From NCBI GenBank assembly GCA_965261975.1, contig CBDHEC010000050.1, forward strand, positions 1 to 64,000: 64,000 nt of DNA, in the 5' to 3' direction. The notes below the pieces were generated by a model. That model saw only the letters and a program-made list of their open reading frames with translations. It ran no database searches and was not told the origin of the DNA. The first letter of the stretch is position 1, and each line of letters opens with the position of its first letter. A program made the position numbers and the translations under genes. Shown one piece after another: positions 52,958-63,229 of the stretch. Source of the stretch: Alphaproteobacteria bacterium (GTDB taxonomy: Bacteria > Pseudomonadota > Alphaproteobacteria > UBA6615).

Positions 52958-54424
52958 TCAGAATGTCCAGCGGCGGTTGAGCCCGATCGACAACCGATAA
53001 TTGTTGTAGGTGTAGTTCGTGATCGATGAGACCTGTCGATACGCCTCACCACCGAATGTGAAGGTGAAAGGCTCCCAGAATTCGCCCGCATCGGTAAACA
53101 CGCTGCCCCACGGAATACCGTAGGTCAGCCGTGCACGCCCGCCCTAGTCACGCCGCTTCCGCGAGCTGATCGACGGGTCGCGATCATCATACTGGTCGTA
53201 GTTGACGGTGAGCGATGTGAGCAAGAAATCGCCACCGCCGAACAACATCGTATGGCTTACCCCGAGGTCGCTCTGTTCGGAGGAATTGAAACTGCGGGCC
53301 GCAATATTTCGGGTCTGTGTAAACGTGACCCCCTGCCGCTGCCGCGGGGTCAGAATCTGAGACATTCCCAACTTGCCTTCATACTCACGGCCGCTGCGTT
53401 CCGTCGCGGTCAGGCTGTTGGTGATGTTGTTGTAGGACTGATACTTCATCGTCGCACCGGCGAAGACCGACCAGGTGTTGGACAGCGCATAGACCCAGTC
53501 GACCGTCGCGCCCGCCGCCGTCAGATACTTCTCGCGCGAAAGATCAATGCGCTCGTAGAGAAGGCGCGGCGTGATGGTCGACGGCGCAAAGTCCAGTTCG
53601 TATCCGAAGTCCGCGGTGATGGCGCGCAGATCGAGATCATCCTGCTGAATCTGTTCGCCCTGGTACAAAACCAGCCCACCCAGCATCTTGTGCTGCTTCT
53701 GCAGGCCGAGGTCATGCTCGAATGACAGCTGCGCCAAACCGTTCAGCGCCAAATCGTCCTGACGCGAAGAACTGCCGGTCGTGCGGGTCGGCAAATCGGC
53801 GGCGAGGCGAATCTCTGATTTCGGGGACGCGTTGCGGTTCCAGTCATACTGGGTGGCAAAATTCATCGCGAAGGTGAAGATCGTCTTCTTGCGGCGTGAC
53901 GCGATCTGATCGAGATACTGATCGATCTGGCGGCGCAGTTTCGGATCCAGTTCAAGTTCCTTCAGCGAGACCAGTTCACGCTCGGCCTCGTCGAGGTTAT
54001 CGAGACGAAAAAGGACGATCGCGAACAGAACCCGCACGACCGCCAGGTCCGGGCGGATCAGAAGAACACGTTCCAGCGTCGCGCCCGCACCGCGCACATT
54101 TCCGTCGCGGATCTGGGTCAACGCATACCGGACATTGAGTTCGATATTGTCGGGGTCTTCCAGGACCTGCTGGTACGTGACCGGTGGCCCTTTGCTGAAG
54201 GCCTCCAGATCGAGTGCGTCCTGGGCCGTGCGGTCGACCTCGCGCTGGGACTCGATCGATTCCCGGACATCGGTTTCACGCGATTCCGTATCCGACTGCT
54301 GGGCATGCGCAGGCCACGCGATCATGATCGCGCCGACAATCACCCATCCATAGCGGATACCGCACCGCGCGTGCTGAAACACACGCAATGGCAGACTTGG
54401 CACTCGAACCAACGAAACCCCCAA
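52958..54424 (-). pseudogene. TPR plus outer-membrane beta-barrel protein with an in-frame TAG at 53144-53146
   Basis: Signal peptide (PAHA-Q), TPR-like helices, alternating beta-strands; after the TAG the frame continues GGRARLTYG...YRLSIGLNRRWTF* with a terminal Phe. Confidence 0.75.
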
Positions 54425-54495
54425 CGTATCGGGGTATTAAGCATGATGCGCCAAATCGGGGCAAGCGCGAGAGGCGTCTCTAACCCCTTGAGAAA

Positions 54496-55704
54496 TCATT
54501 TCATTTCTGCGACGTGAACGCCTTTCCAATCCTCGGGCGGGGGATCGAAGGAGTAGTGGAAAATACGCTCGGCATAGAGATCATAGAAACCCGTAATAGC
54601 CCCGGGCATTTCCACGCAAACATTGAGCAGGTCCTGCGCCTTGTCCCAGTCGCGGGCCCGATAGGCATCGAGCATACGCACATGCTCGCGTTGCAAGGCC
54701 TGAAATGCCTCGCTGGCCGCCTCGCGGGCATCCCCCACCAACGCATAAATGCGAACCGCCTCTCGCTTGCCCTTTACGGCGATCAGGTCGAGCTCAAGGA
54801 AGGCGAAACTGTCGGCCACCTGAGATTGCGTGGATTCACCGACAATTATCGGCGTCGCATAGGGCTGTGACTGCCCTTCAAGCCGGGCGGCGAGATTGAC
54901 CGCATCGCCGAGCACCGAATAGTCGAAACGCTGATCCGACCCCATATTCCCGACAACGCATTCCCCGGTGTTGAGCCCAACCCCAACCGCTATGGCAACC
55001 GCATCAGGATTTTCCGCGAGGCGCGCCTCATTGACCCGATCGAGCGCGTCCAGCATGGCCAACGCGGCATCACAGGCATGGGCGGCGTGTGCCGGATCGT
55101 CAATCGGCGCATTCCAGAACGCCATGATGCAGTCGCCCATATACTTGTCGATGGTGCCGTCGCGATCCAGGATTTCGGCGGTCAGCGGCGTGAGCAGGCG
55201 GTTGATCAGGGTTGTCAGCGCCTGCGGATCATCACGATGTTCCTCGGAAATGGATGTGAACCCCCGGATATCGCAGAACAGCAATGTCATCTCACGGGTC
55301 TCGCCACCCAGCCTGAGCCGTTCGGGCTGATCGGCAAGCTGTTCGACCAGCGCCGGCGACAGATACTGCCCGAAGGCCGTGCGAATCTGGCGGCGCTGCG
55401 TTTCGGATTGCAGATAGGTGATGAGCGAACTCGACAGATAGACCATCAGCACAACCAGCGCCGGAAATACCGGGTCAATCAGAATTCCGGCGCCGGAAAA
55501 AGCGAACCACCCCGCCGCCACCCCGGCCGTGATCGCCGCCAGGCATACAACCGCACTGGCCGCGACACCGAGTTTGGGAAGCAAAAGCACCAGAAAAATA
55601 CCCAGCAGCGCGAATGCCGCCAGTTCCGCACCCAGGGTCCAGTCGGGACGCGTCAGAAAACTGCCGTTCAGGATCTGCTCGACCAGCTCTGCATGGAAAT
55701 CGAC
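54496..55704 (-). pseudogene. Class III adenylate cyclase, CHASE2-type but N-terminally truncated
   Basis: FCDIRGFT, DKYMGDCIMAFW, DYSVLGDAVNLAARLE intact; upstream VDFHAELVEQILNGSFLTRPDW resembles the end of CHASE2; similarity stops near 55705 with an in-frame TGA at 55768-55770. Confidence 0.75.
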
Positions 55705-55983
55705 CCAAACACGATCAGCGTCGTCACGCTCAAACGATCCGTGGCATGATCTGTCTGGGCGGCCGTATCATCCTCCGCGGTCATCTGTTCGCGTTTCGGG
55801 ACAAACCCGTTCCCCATCACTTGTCCACTCGACACCCCCGCCGAATTCTAGATATAGCTCTTGGGAAGGCATGTGGCTGTAACGTAATTGTCAACGCGCG
55901 TGGCATGATGATCCAACGCCCGAACTTGTGAGGGCGCACATAGAACAAGGCCCCAAGAAGATACGAGATCACACACCCGTCGA

Positions 55984-57456
55984 ATGAACACCGTCCCCGC
56001 ACACGCACAAACACTCGAGGCGCTCGAAGCGCGCGTCCGCCATGAGCTGACGCTGCTCGACCACCCGAAAGCCGAATGGGTCCCGCCGCGCAAAGACGCA
56101 TCGGGAAAGCATGTCTACGACGTGCTGGTTGTCGGCGCCGGCCAGAGCGGCCTAGGGACCCTGTTCGCGCTGGGTCGCGAGAAAGTGACGAATATTCTGG
56201 CTGTGGACCGAAGCCCTGCCGGCCGCGAAGGCCCCTGGGTCACTTATGCCCGCATGCACCAGCTGCGCACCCACAAGGACATCACCGGCCCCGCGCAGGG
56301 CATCCCGTCACTGACACCGCGCGCCTGGTACACAGCCAAATACGGCCCCGACGCCTGGGAGGCGTTGGTCCGGATTCCACGCACGGACTGGCAGGAATAC
56401 CTGAACTGGTATCGGCATATCCTCGACCTGCCGGTCTGGAGCGAGACCGAGGTCGGCCCGCTTACCGCGGCCGAACCGGACAATCCCGACAGCCTGATCC
56501 GGGTGCCCCTGACGGCGACAGGGCCGAACGGCCACACCGAAAGCGTCCTCGCGCGTGAAGTCGTGCTCGCCAACGGGCTCGAGGGATGCGGCGAGTGGCA
56601 CGTCCCCAAGATCGTGACGGACAACCTGCCCGTCGATCGCTACACCCAGGCCAACACGGAATTCGACCTGTCGCCGCTTCGCGGCAAACGGGTCATCGTG
56701 ATCGGCGCGAATGCCGGCGGATTCGATTCCGCCGCGGCGGCGCTGGAAGCCGGCGCGGCATCGGCCGACCTCCTCGTGCGGCGGGACGAAATCACCCGGG
56801 TGAACGCGCATAAACCCATCGATAGCGTTGCCTGGCTCAAGCATTTCGGCGATCTCGACGACGCCACGAAGTGGCGCCTGATGGTGCATGTGATGCGGAA
56901 CAATCAACCGCCGCCGCAGGACACGTTCGACCGAGCCGCGAACATGCCGGGTTTCCGCATGCGCGAAGGTGCGGGGATGACGGCAGCGTATATGGCGGAT
57001 GACGAGGTGATTATCGAAACGGCTGCGGGCGACAGGCTGCGGGCGGATTTCGTCATCGCCGCAACCGGCTTCGCCAACGATTTCAGCCTGCGGATCGAAA
57101 CCTCCGAGATCGCCGACAAGATCGCGCTCTGGCGCGACAGCTACACGCCGCCGGACGGCGAGGACTGGGCGCCGATGGGGACCTACCCCTATCTCGGAAA
57201 ATCCTTCGAGTTCACAGAGAAAACGCCGGGCACCGCGCCTTGGCTGCACCACATCCATTGCTTCTCCCTGGGCACCAAGCCGAGCCTCGGGCTGTCGGCC
57301 GCCTCGGCGACCGCCATGCGCTATGGCGTGCCCCGGCTGGTCCAGGCGCTAACGCGCTGCCTGTTTCTCGACGACGCGGCGCATCACGCCAACGCAATGC
57401 TGACCTTCGATGAGGAAGACCTGATCGTCACCTCCAGAGAGGCCGACAACGCCTAG
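55984..57456 (+). CDS. FAD/NAD(P)-dependent oxidoreductase (HpyO-like monooxygenase)
   Basis: LEALEARVRHEL, DVLVVGAGQSG, EGPWVTYARM..LRT, VIGANAGGFD, ATGF. Confidence 0.8.
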   Translation: MNTVPAHAQTLEALEARVRHELTLLDHPKAEWVPPRKDASGKHVYDVLVVGAGQSGLGTLFALGREKVTNILAVDRSPAGREGPWVTYARMHQLRTHKDITGPAQGIPSLTPRAWYTAKYGPDAWEALVRIPRTDWQEYLNWYRHILDLPVWSETEVGPLTAAEPDNPDSLIRVPLTATGPNGHTESVLAREVVLANGLEGCGEWHVPKIVTDNLPVDRYTQANTEFDLSPLRGKRVIVIGANAGGFDSAAAALEAGAASADLLVRRDEITRVNAHKPIDSVAWLKHFGDLDDATKWRLMVHVMRNNQPPPQDTFDRAANMPGFRMREGAGMTAAYMADDEVIIETAAGDRLRADFVIAATGFANDFSLRIETSEIADKIALWRDSYTPPDGEDWAPMGTYPYLGKSFEFTEKTPGTAPWLHHIHCFSLGTKPSLGLSAASATAMRYGVPRLVQALTRCLFLDDAAHHANAMLTFDEEDLIVTSREADNA

Positions 57457-57467
57457 CTCTGGTGCCT

Positions 57468-58076
57468 TTAGCCGGGGATATGGGCGAACGCTTCTTCGGG
57501 TACGAAATCGAGCTGACCCGAGCCGCCGGGCTTGAGCCAGTAGAGCTCCAGGGTCGAGGTGACGCGTTTCTCGAAGTAAAGCAGTTGCAGCGGATACCAA
57601 CCCGGTGTCGTGATCTCGACGGGCGTGAGTTCCGAGAAACGGTCGCTGTGGACATCGGGATCATACACGACACGGACGCCGCCGATCTTCAGGTCAACGC
57701 CGTCGTTGGACCGCATGGCGATCGTATATGTGCCCGCCGCGGGAAAGTTGATGTAGCCGCGAATATCCGCGCCGACCTCGTCCGCGCGCCCGCTGGTCAG
57801 GACATCGCCGTCACCCACGAAATAGTCGAGGATCAGGATCGGTTCACCCTTCACCCCGTCCTTGTATTTCGCCCAATCCTCTATCTCGCGCGTGTCGTTG
57901 AACACGCCGAAATAATATGTGACCGCGAGCCCCGGTTTCAGGTCGGCTGCCGCGGGCTGTGGCGTAGCCGGTTGCAGCCCGGACACGAGATCGGCAGCGA
58001 TCCCGTTCGACGCGCCAAAACCCAGACTACCGGCCATAAACGCTGCGGCGATGATACCGGTGAAACGAGCCCGCAT
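57468..58076 (-). CDS. Secreted PA14 domain protein
   Basis: Signal peptide, PGLAVTYY, GYINFPAAGTY..SNDG, GWYPLQLLYFE. Confidence 0.8.
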   Translation of the reverse strand: MRARFTGIIAAAFMAGSLGFGASNGIAADLVSGLQPATPQPAAADLKPGLAVTYYFGVFNDTREIEDWAKYKDGVKGEPILILDYFVGDGDVLTSGRADEVGADIRGYINFPAAGTYTIAMRSNDGVDLKIGGVRVVYDPDVHSDRFSELTPVEITTPGWYPLQLLYFEKRVTSTLELYWLKPGGSGQLDFVPEEAFAHIPG

Positions 58077-58378
58077 CAGTGGCCCCCGTCAGGGTTGCCA
58101 AACGTCCAGTTCCAGGGACGAATTTCGACTTCCGTGAACAGACCGGCCAGGGAATAGGGGTCGTCGGCAGCGAAATCACGCGCCTTCTCAATGTCGTCCG
58201 CCTCGACAACGATGAGCGAACCCGTGACACGCGATCCGTCTTCGCTGGGGGTTGGTCCGGCCAGATGCAGCTTCACGTCCTTGCCGTGTGCACGCAGATA
58301 GTCGAGATGAGCCTCGCGCGTCTGGTTGCGCAACTCGATGCCGTCTTCCCTGTCGGTATTGACGATGATGAAATGCAT
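58076..58378 (-). CDS. YciI family protein
   Basis: LRNQTREAHLDYL, AGP, GSLIVVEA, DDPY..GLF. Confidence 0.9.
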   Translation of the reverse strand: MHFIIVNTDREDGIELRNQTREAHLDYLRAHGKDVKLHLAGPTPSEDGSRVTGSLIVVEADDIEKARDFAADDPYSLAGLFTEVEIRPWNWTFGNPDGGH

Positions 58379-58416
58379 GAAACCCTCCCTCTCCTGTCTG
58401 TCTCGCTCTCGTCGGT

Positions 58417-59626
58417 TTACTTCACCCGTTCGAGCACGGTCGCGATACCCTGGCCGACACCGATGCACATCGTGCAAAGCGCATACTTGGCATCGCGCTC
58501 CTTGAGCTCGTAGGCCGCCGTGGTCGCCAGACGCGCGCCGCTCGCCCCGAGCGGATGGCCGATCGAAATGGCACCGCCGTTGGGGTTCACGTGCTCTGCA
58601 TCGTCGGCGATCCCGAGATCACGGGTGACCGCAAGAGCCTGCGCCGCGAAGGCCTCGTTCAACTCGATCACATCGATATCGCCGATCTTGAGACCGAGAC
58701 GTTCCAGCAGCTTGTGGGTTGCCGGTGCCGGCCCAAAGCCCATGATCCGCGGCGGCACACCTGCGGTCGCCGTCCCGACAACGCGGGCGATGGGCGTGAG
58801 GCCATATTTTTCCACGGCGTCTTCCGACGCGATGATCATGGCGCACGCGCCGTCATTCACGCCAGACGCATTGCCGGCCGTGACGGTCCCGCCTTCGCGG
58901 AACGGTGTCGGCAACTTCTCCAGTCCGGCCATATCCGTGCCGGGTCGCGGATGTTCGTCCGTATCGACCACCACCGGGTCGCCGCGGCGCTGGGGCACCT
59001 CGACGGGCACGATCTCCTGCTCGAAGCGCCCGCGTTCCTGGGCCGCTTTCGTGCGCTGCTGCGACCGGAACGCCAGCGCATCCTGATCGGCGCGCGATAC
59101 CTGGAATTCCTCAGCCACGTTCTCCGCCGTCTCCGGCATCGCATCGATGCCGTATTCCGCCTTCATCTTCGGATTGACGAAACGCCAGCCGATGGTCGTG
59201 TCTTCGACCTGATTGGTTGCGCGAGAACGCGCTGGTCGCTTTGGGCATCACGAAGGGTGCGCGCGACATGCTCTCCACACCGCCGGCAACGACCAGGTCG
59301 GCCTCACCGGTACGGATCGCGCGCGACGCCGCCGTCAATGCCTCGAGACCGGAGCCGCAAAGCCTGTTCACCGTCGCGCCCGGAACATCGGATGAATATC
59401 CCGCCAGCAGCAGCGACATCCGCGCCACGTTGCGGTTGTCCTCGCCCGCCTGGTTCACGTTGCCGTAGTAGACCTCGTCGACCTTGTCCCAATCAACGCC
59501 GGGATTGCGGTCGACCAGCGCCTTCATGGGAATCGCGCCCAGATCATCCGTCCTGACGCTCGACAGGGAACCGCCATAGCGTCCGAACGGCGTGCGTACC
59601 GCGTCACAGATATAGGCTTCCGGCAT
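58417..59626 (-). CDS. pcaF: 3-oxoadipyl-CoA thiolase (PcaF/PaaJ type), frameshifted near 59215
   Basis: NQAGEDNRNVARM, NRLCGSG in the first frame; DTTIGWRFVNP, NEAFA, GHPLGASG, CIGVGQG in the second. Confidence 0.85.
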
Positions 59627-59818
59627 TGTTTCTCTCCTGTTTTCAGCCGCGAAACTATTGCATACGAGAATGCCCATACATAGGCCGCCAGGCCAAGCGC
59701 GGCCTGCCGGGGTTCGCCATGCGAACCCTCGATAATGGCCCTGGTTCCGGTATCTCGCGGTCTTGTGCCCAAGAGAATGTGATCACACGCGGCCCGGTGC
59801 CGACCCTATGTTGAGTAC

Positions 59819-61222
59819 ATGGGAATTGTTTCACGAATGCTGCAGACCGCCGCTCTCGCCGCGGCGATAACGCTCACATCTGCCCCGCCGTCCGTCGCCC
59901 AGGGCGCCAGCTCCCCTGTCCCCGGGTCCGAGCTCAGCAATTCCGAAGTCCAGACCCTCGCGCGCCAGATACTTCAACTCGGCACATTGGAGCGCAACGG
60001 CGTGATGGCGCGCCTGGTAGACCGGGGAGACACCGACGTGGTCCCCGCATTGATCCAATCCCTGCGGTTTCTGGGCCAGGACCCCTGGTCGATTGTAGAC
60101 GCATTGAAGGTCCTGACCGGCGAAGATCATGGCACGCGCTGGTATGACTGGGTCCTGTGGCAGGAAGGACGACCAGACATCACCCCGTTCGAGGGCTTCG
60201 ATGAGTACAAGTCCTGGGTCTACTCGCATATCGACCCGAACCTCGGCGCATTTCTCTATGCCGACATCCCGCACACGATCAGGCTCGAGGAAATCACCTG
60301 GGGTGGCGTCATCAAGGACGGGATCCCGGCGCTGGTCAATCCGACGCTGATTCCGCCTTCAGAGGCCAGCTACCTCACCCCCGACGAGCTGGTGTTCGGC
60401 GTCGAAATCAACGGCGACGTGCGGGCATACCCGCTTCGCATGATGGACTGGCACGAGATGTTCAACGACGTGATCGGCGGCGTTCCGGTCGCGCTCGCTT
60501 ATTGCACCCTGTGCGGCTCGGGCATTCTGTTCGAGACCGATGTCGCGGGTCGCGAGGCACCGTTCGAATTCGGCTCGTCGGGATTTCTGTACCGGTCCAA
60601 CAAGCTGATGTTCGACCGGGAAACGGACACGCTCTGGAACCAGTTCACGGGCAAGCCTGTCGCCGGGGAACTGGTGGGGTCGAATATCGAGCTCAAGGTC
60701 CGCCCGGTGGCCATCACGAGATGGGCCAAATGGTTCGCGCGTCATCCCGACACGACGGTCCTGTCGCTGGATACCGGGTTCGACCGCGACTACACGCCGG
60801 GTAGACCCTATGCGTCCTATTTCGACAGCCCCGACCTGATGTTCCCGGCCCGCGTCAACGATACCCGCCTTGCGGCCAAGGACTATGTCTTCGCGCTGCG
60901 CATGGGCGACGCAGAGAAGGCCTGGGCGCTCGACCTTTTCAAGGATAAGCCGGTGCTGAACGACACCATCGGCGGCCGCTCGATCGTGCTCGTCGGCGAC
61001 CCCGACTCCCGCACGGTTCGGGCGTATGAGACAGGCGGCAGCAACTTCACGGCCCATGACAGCAGTACCGAGACCCTCGTCTCGCAAGGCAACGACTGGC
61101 GCATCACCGAAGCCGAACTGATCTCCGGCAGTGGTGAGACTCTCGCCCGTCTGCCTGGGCATATCGCCTATTGGTTCGCCTGGCAGAATCTCCGACCCGG
61201 CGCCGAAACCCGTTTCGAATAA
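59819..61222 (+). CDS. DUF3179 domain-containing exported protein
   Basis: Signal peptide, GGVIKDGIPAL, RAYP..WHE, YCTLCGSG, SGFLYRSNKLMFDRET, YWFAW. Confidence 0.85.
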   Translation: MGIVSRMLQTAALAAAITLTSAPPSVAQGASSPVPGSELSNSEVQTLARQILQLGTLERNGVMARLVDRGDTDVVPALIQSLRFLGQDPWSIVDALKVLTGEDHGTRWYDWVLWQEGRPDITPFEGFDEYKSWVYSHIDPNLGAFLYADIPHTIRLEEITWGGVIKDGIPALVNPTLIPPSEASYLTPDELVFGVEINGDVRAYPLRMMDWHEMFNDVIGGVPVALAYCTLCGSGILFETDVAGREAPFEFGSSGFLYRSNKLMFDRETDTLWNQFTGKPVAGELVGSNIELKVRPVAITRWAKWFARHPDTTVLSLDTGFDRDYTPGRPYASYFDSPDLMFPARVNDTRLAAKDYVFALRMGDAEKAWALDLFKDKPVLNDTIGGRSIVLVGDPDSRTVRAYETGGSNFTAHDSSTETLVSQGNDWRITEAELISGSGETLARLPGHIAYWFAWQNLRPGAETRFE

Positions 61223-61339
61223 GGGCTGATCACCAGGCAAAACCACATTGCATGGCAGGCCTCGCAGATCGCGACTCCCGCTGACCCAGGCTTTGGTCTA
61301 GGCTTTCCCCCAACGCGATGAAACAAGCGGGGGAAACCC

Positions 61340-61942
61340 ATGAAAACCACGAATTTCACGCCCGAGGAAATGGAGGCGCGGGTCGCGCGCTTCAAGTCGC
61401 TCAAGCCCCAGAGCAGCAGCTACGACGCCGAGGTCGGCATCCCGCAGGAAGTCTACGAGATGATGACCGCGCGCACGCTCTATCTGCTCATGTCACCGGA
61501 AAACCAGGGTGGGCCCATGGCGCAACATCCGGCGGTGACAACGGAAGACAAGATGAGCGTGATCATCGCCGAATGCCCGCCGGGCGACGGCCCCCTGCTC
61601 CACGCCCACCAATTCACCCGCGAGACCTTCTTCTGCCTGAACGGCCGGTTCAAGATTCAGTGGGGCGACGAGGGCGAGAACGAGACTTTCCTCGACCCGC
61701 TCGACATGATCGCCGTGCCGCCCGGCGTGGTGCGCCGGTTCGAGAATGTCAGCGACGAGACCGCGCGCCTGCTGGTCTGGATCAACGGCGATTCCGAGGA
61801 AGCCTTCAACGACATCGACCACCCGCAGATCGAGGCGGACCGGCTGGCCGAGAAGTTCGGCGACGAGACGCTGGAGAAACTGCGCGGGATCGGCGTCAGT
61901 TTCGAGGCCGGCGTCGAGGATGGGCGCGACGCGGCCGAGTAG
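61340..61942 (+). CDS. Cupin domain protein
   Basis: EEMEARVARF, PGDGPLLHAH..TRETF, VPPGVVRRF. Confidence 0.85.
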   Translation: MKTTNFTPEEMEARVARFKSLKPQSSSYDAEVGIPQEVYEMMTARTLYLLMSPENQGGPMAQHPAVTTEDKMSVIIAECPPGDGPLLHAHQFTRETFFCLNGRFKIQWGDEGENETFLDPLDMIAVPPGVVRRFENVSDETARLLVWINGDSEEAFNDIDHPQIEADRLAEKFGDETLEKLRGIGVSFEAGVEDGRDAAE

Positions 61943-61965
61943 CAGCCGCCGGGAACCCAAAACAA

Positions 61966-61991
61966 AAAAGGGCGCCATATGGCGCCCTTTT
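61966..61991. terminator. Bidirectional rho-independent terminator
   Basis: Perfect palindrome AAAAGGGCGCCATATGGCGCCCTTTT between convergent genes. Confidence 0.85.
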
Positions 61992-62013
61992 CCATATCCA
62001 CATCAGGGAATGA

Positions 62014-63189
62014 TCAGCTCTCGACCCCGTCCCGGGCTGCAACCGGCTCCGCCGGAATACCCGTCGGGTTCTCCTTCCAGAAATCCTCATTGCAGTCCAA
62101 TGTCGCGAACGGCATCACCATGGCCGGATTGAACGGTACGGGCTCTTCACCGGCGGCGATCTTCTGCGGCCATTCCGGATCGGCCAGCGCGCCCTTGGCG
62201 ATGGCAACGAAGTCCCCCTCTTCCTCGACGATGGCGCGATCGGCCAATGCGGGATCATGCAGCTTGCCGTTGGCGAACACGGGCAGGCCCGAATGGCGTC
62301 GCGCGAGACCCGACAGGGAGTGATCGGTGCCGAACACATGGTCGAGGCCCAGATGGGCGCTGCAGTCGAAGAAGTCGATGCCGGTCGCGGCGATCGACCC
62401 GAACACCACCTTGGCGTCGTCATCTCCGCCCGGCCAGACATAGGTCAGATCGTTGACCTTGGTCTGTGAAATTCGCACACCCACCGGCACATCCGGGGCC
62501 GCATCGCGCACCGACTGCATCACCTCGCAATGATATCTCACGCGATTCTCGATCGGCCCGCCATATTCGTCCTCGCGCAGGTTGGTGTGCACCGTCAGAA
62601 ACTGGTCAGGTAGATAGCCGTTGGCCCCATGGACCTCGATACCGTCAAAACCGACCTCGACCGCGCGCCGCGCGGCATGGCCGAAATCCTCGACCACCTG
62701 GGCCATCTCCTCGCGGGTGATCTCCCGCGGGGTCTGGAAGCCGGTGCCCGCGCCGCGGTAGCGCGGGATCTGCTCGCCGATGGGGGTCACGGCCGAGGCC
62801 GAGATCGAGCCTTCAACCCAGTTATTGCCCTGGTTGATCGCCCCGCAATGGAAGATCTGCATGAAGATCGGCACGCCCTCGGCATGCACCGCATCGACGA
62901 CCTTGCGCCAGCTTTCGGCCTGTTCGTCCGTCGCGATACCCGGCTGGTAGGTGTAGCCCTGGCTGTATTTGAGGTCGATATAGACGCCCTCGGTCATCAC
63001 CATGCCCCATCCACCGCGTGCGAAACGGCCGTAATACTCGGCCATCTGGTCGGTGACGATGCCATCTTCCGTCGCGCTGGTGCGCGTCATCGGCGAGACA
63101 ATACAGCGGTTCGGAAACTTGACCCCCTTGAGCTCTCCCGCCTCGAAAATATGCGGGTGCTTGTCCACACCCGGTCCACTCAACGTCAT
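62014..63189 (-). CDS. NADH:flavin oxidoreductase (Old Yellow Enzyme family)
   Basis: SPMTR, GFDGIEVHGANGYLPDQFL..TNLREDEYGG..ENR. Confidence 0.92.
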   Translation of the reverse strand: MTLSGPGVDKHPHIFEAGELKGVKFPNRCIVSPMTRTSATEDGIVTDQMAEYYGRFARGGWGMVMTEGVYIDLKYSQGYTYQPGIATDEQAESWRKVVDAVHAEGVPIFMQIFHCGAINQGNNWVEGSISASAVTPIGEQIPRYRGAGTGFQTPREITREEMAQVVEDFGHAARRAVEVGFDGIEVHGANGYLPDQFLTVHTNLREDEYGGPIENRVRYHCEVMQSVRDAAPDVPVGVRISQTKVNDLTYVWPGGDDDAKVVFGSIAATGIDFFDCSAHLGLDHVFGTDHSLSGLARRHSGLPVFANGKLHDPALADRAIVEEEGDFVAIAKGALADPEWPQKIAAGEEPVPFNPAMVMPFATLDCNEDFWKENPTGIPAEPVAARDGVES

Positions 63190-63229
63190 TGTTCGTTCCC
63201 TCCGGAAATCTTCCTTGCGGCCGTTTAGT

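Noticed and set aside
53144-53146. Pyrrolysine or amber recoding
   Set aside because: No pyl genes in the window and TAG terminates many genuine genes here
55740-55909. 11-bp direct repeat CGTGGCATGAT as sigma54 sites or a target-site duplication
   Set aside because: No -12 TTGC element and no mobile element between the copies; compatible with chance
59819-61222. Selenoprotein possibility for DUF3179
   Set aside because: The frame has no internal TGA; both motif positions are Cys
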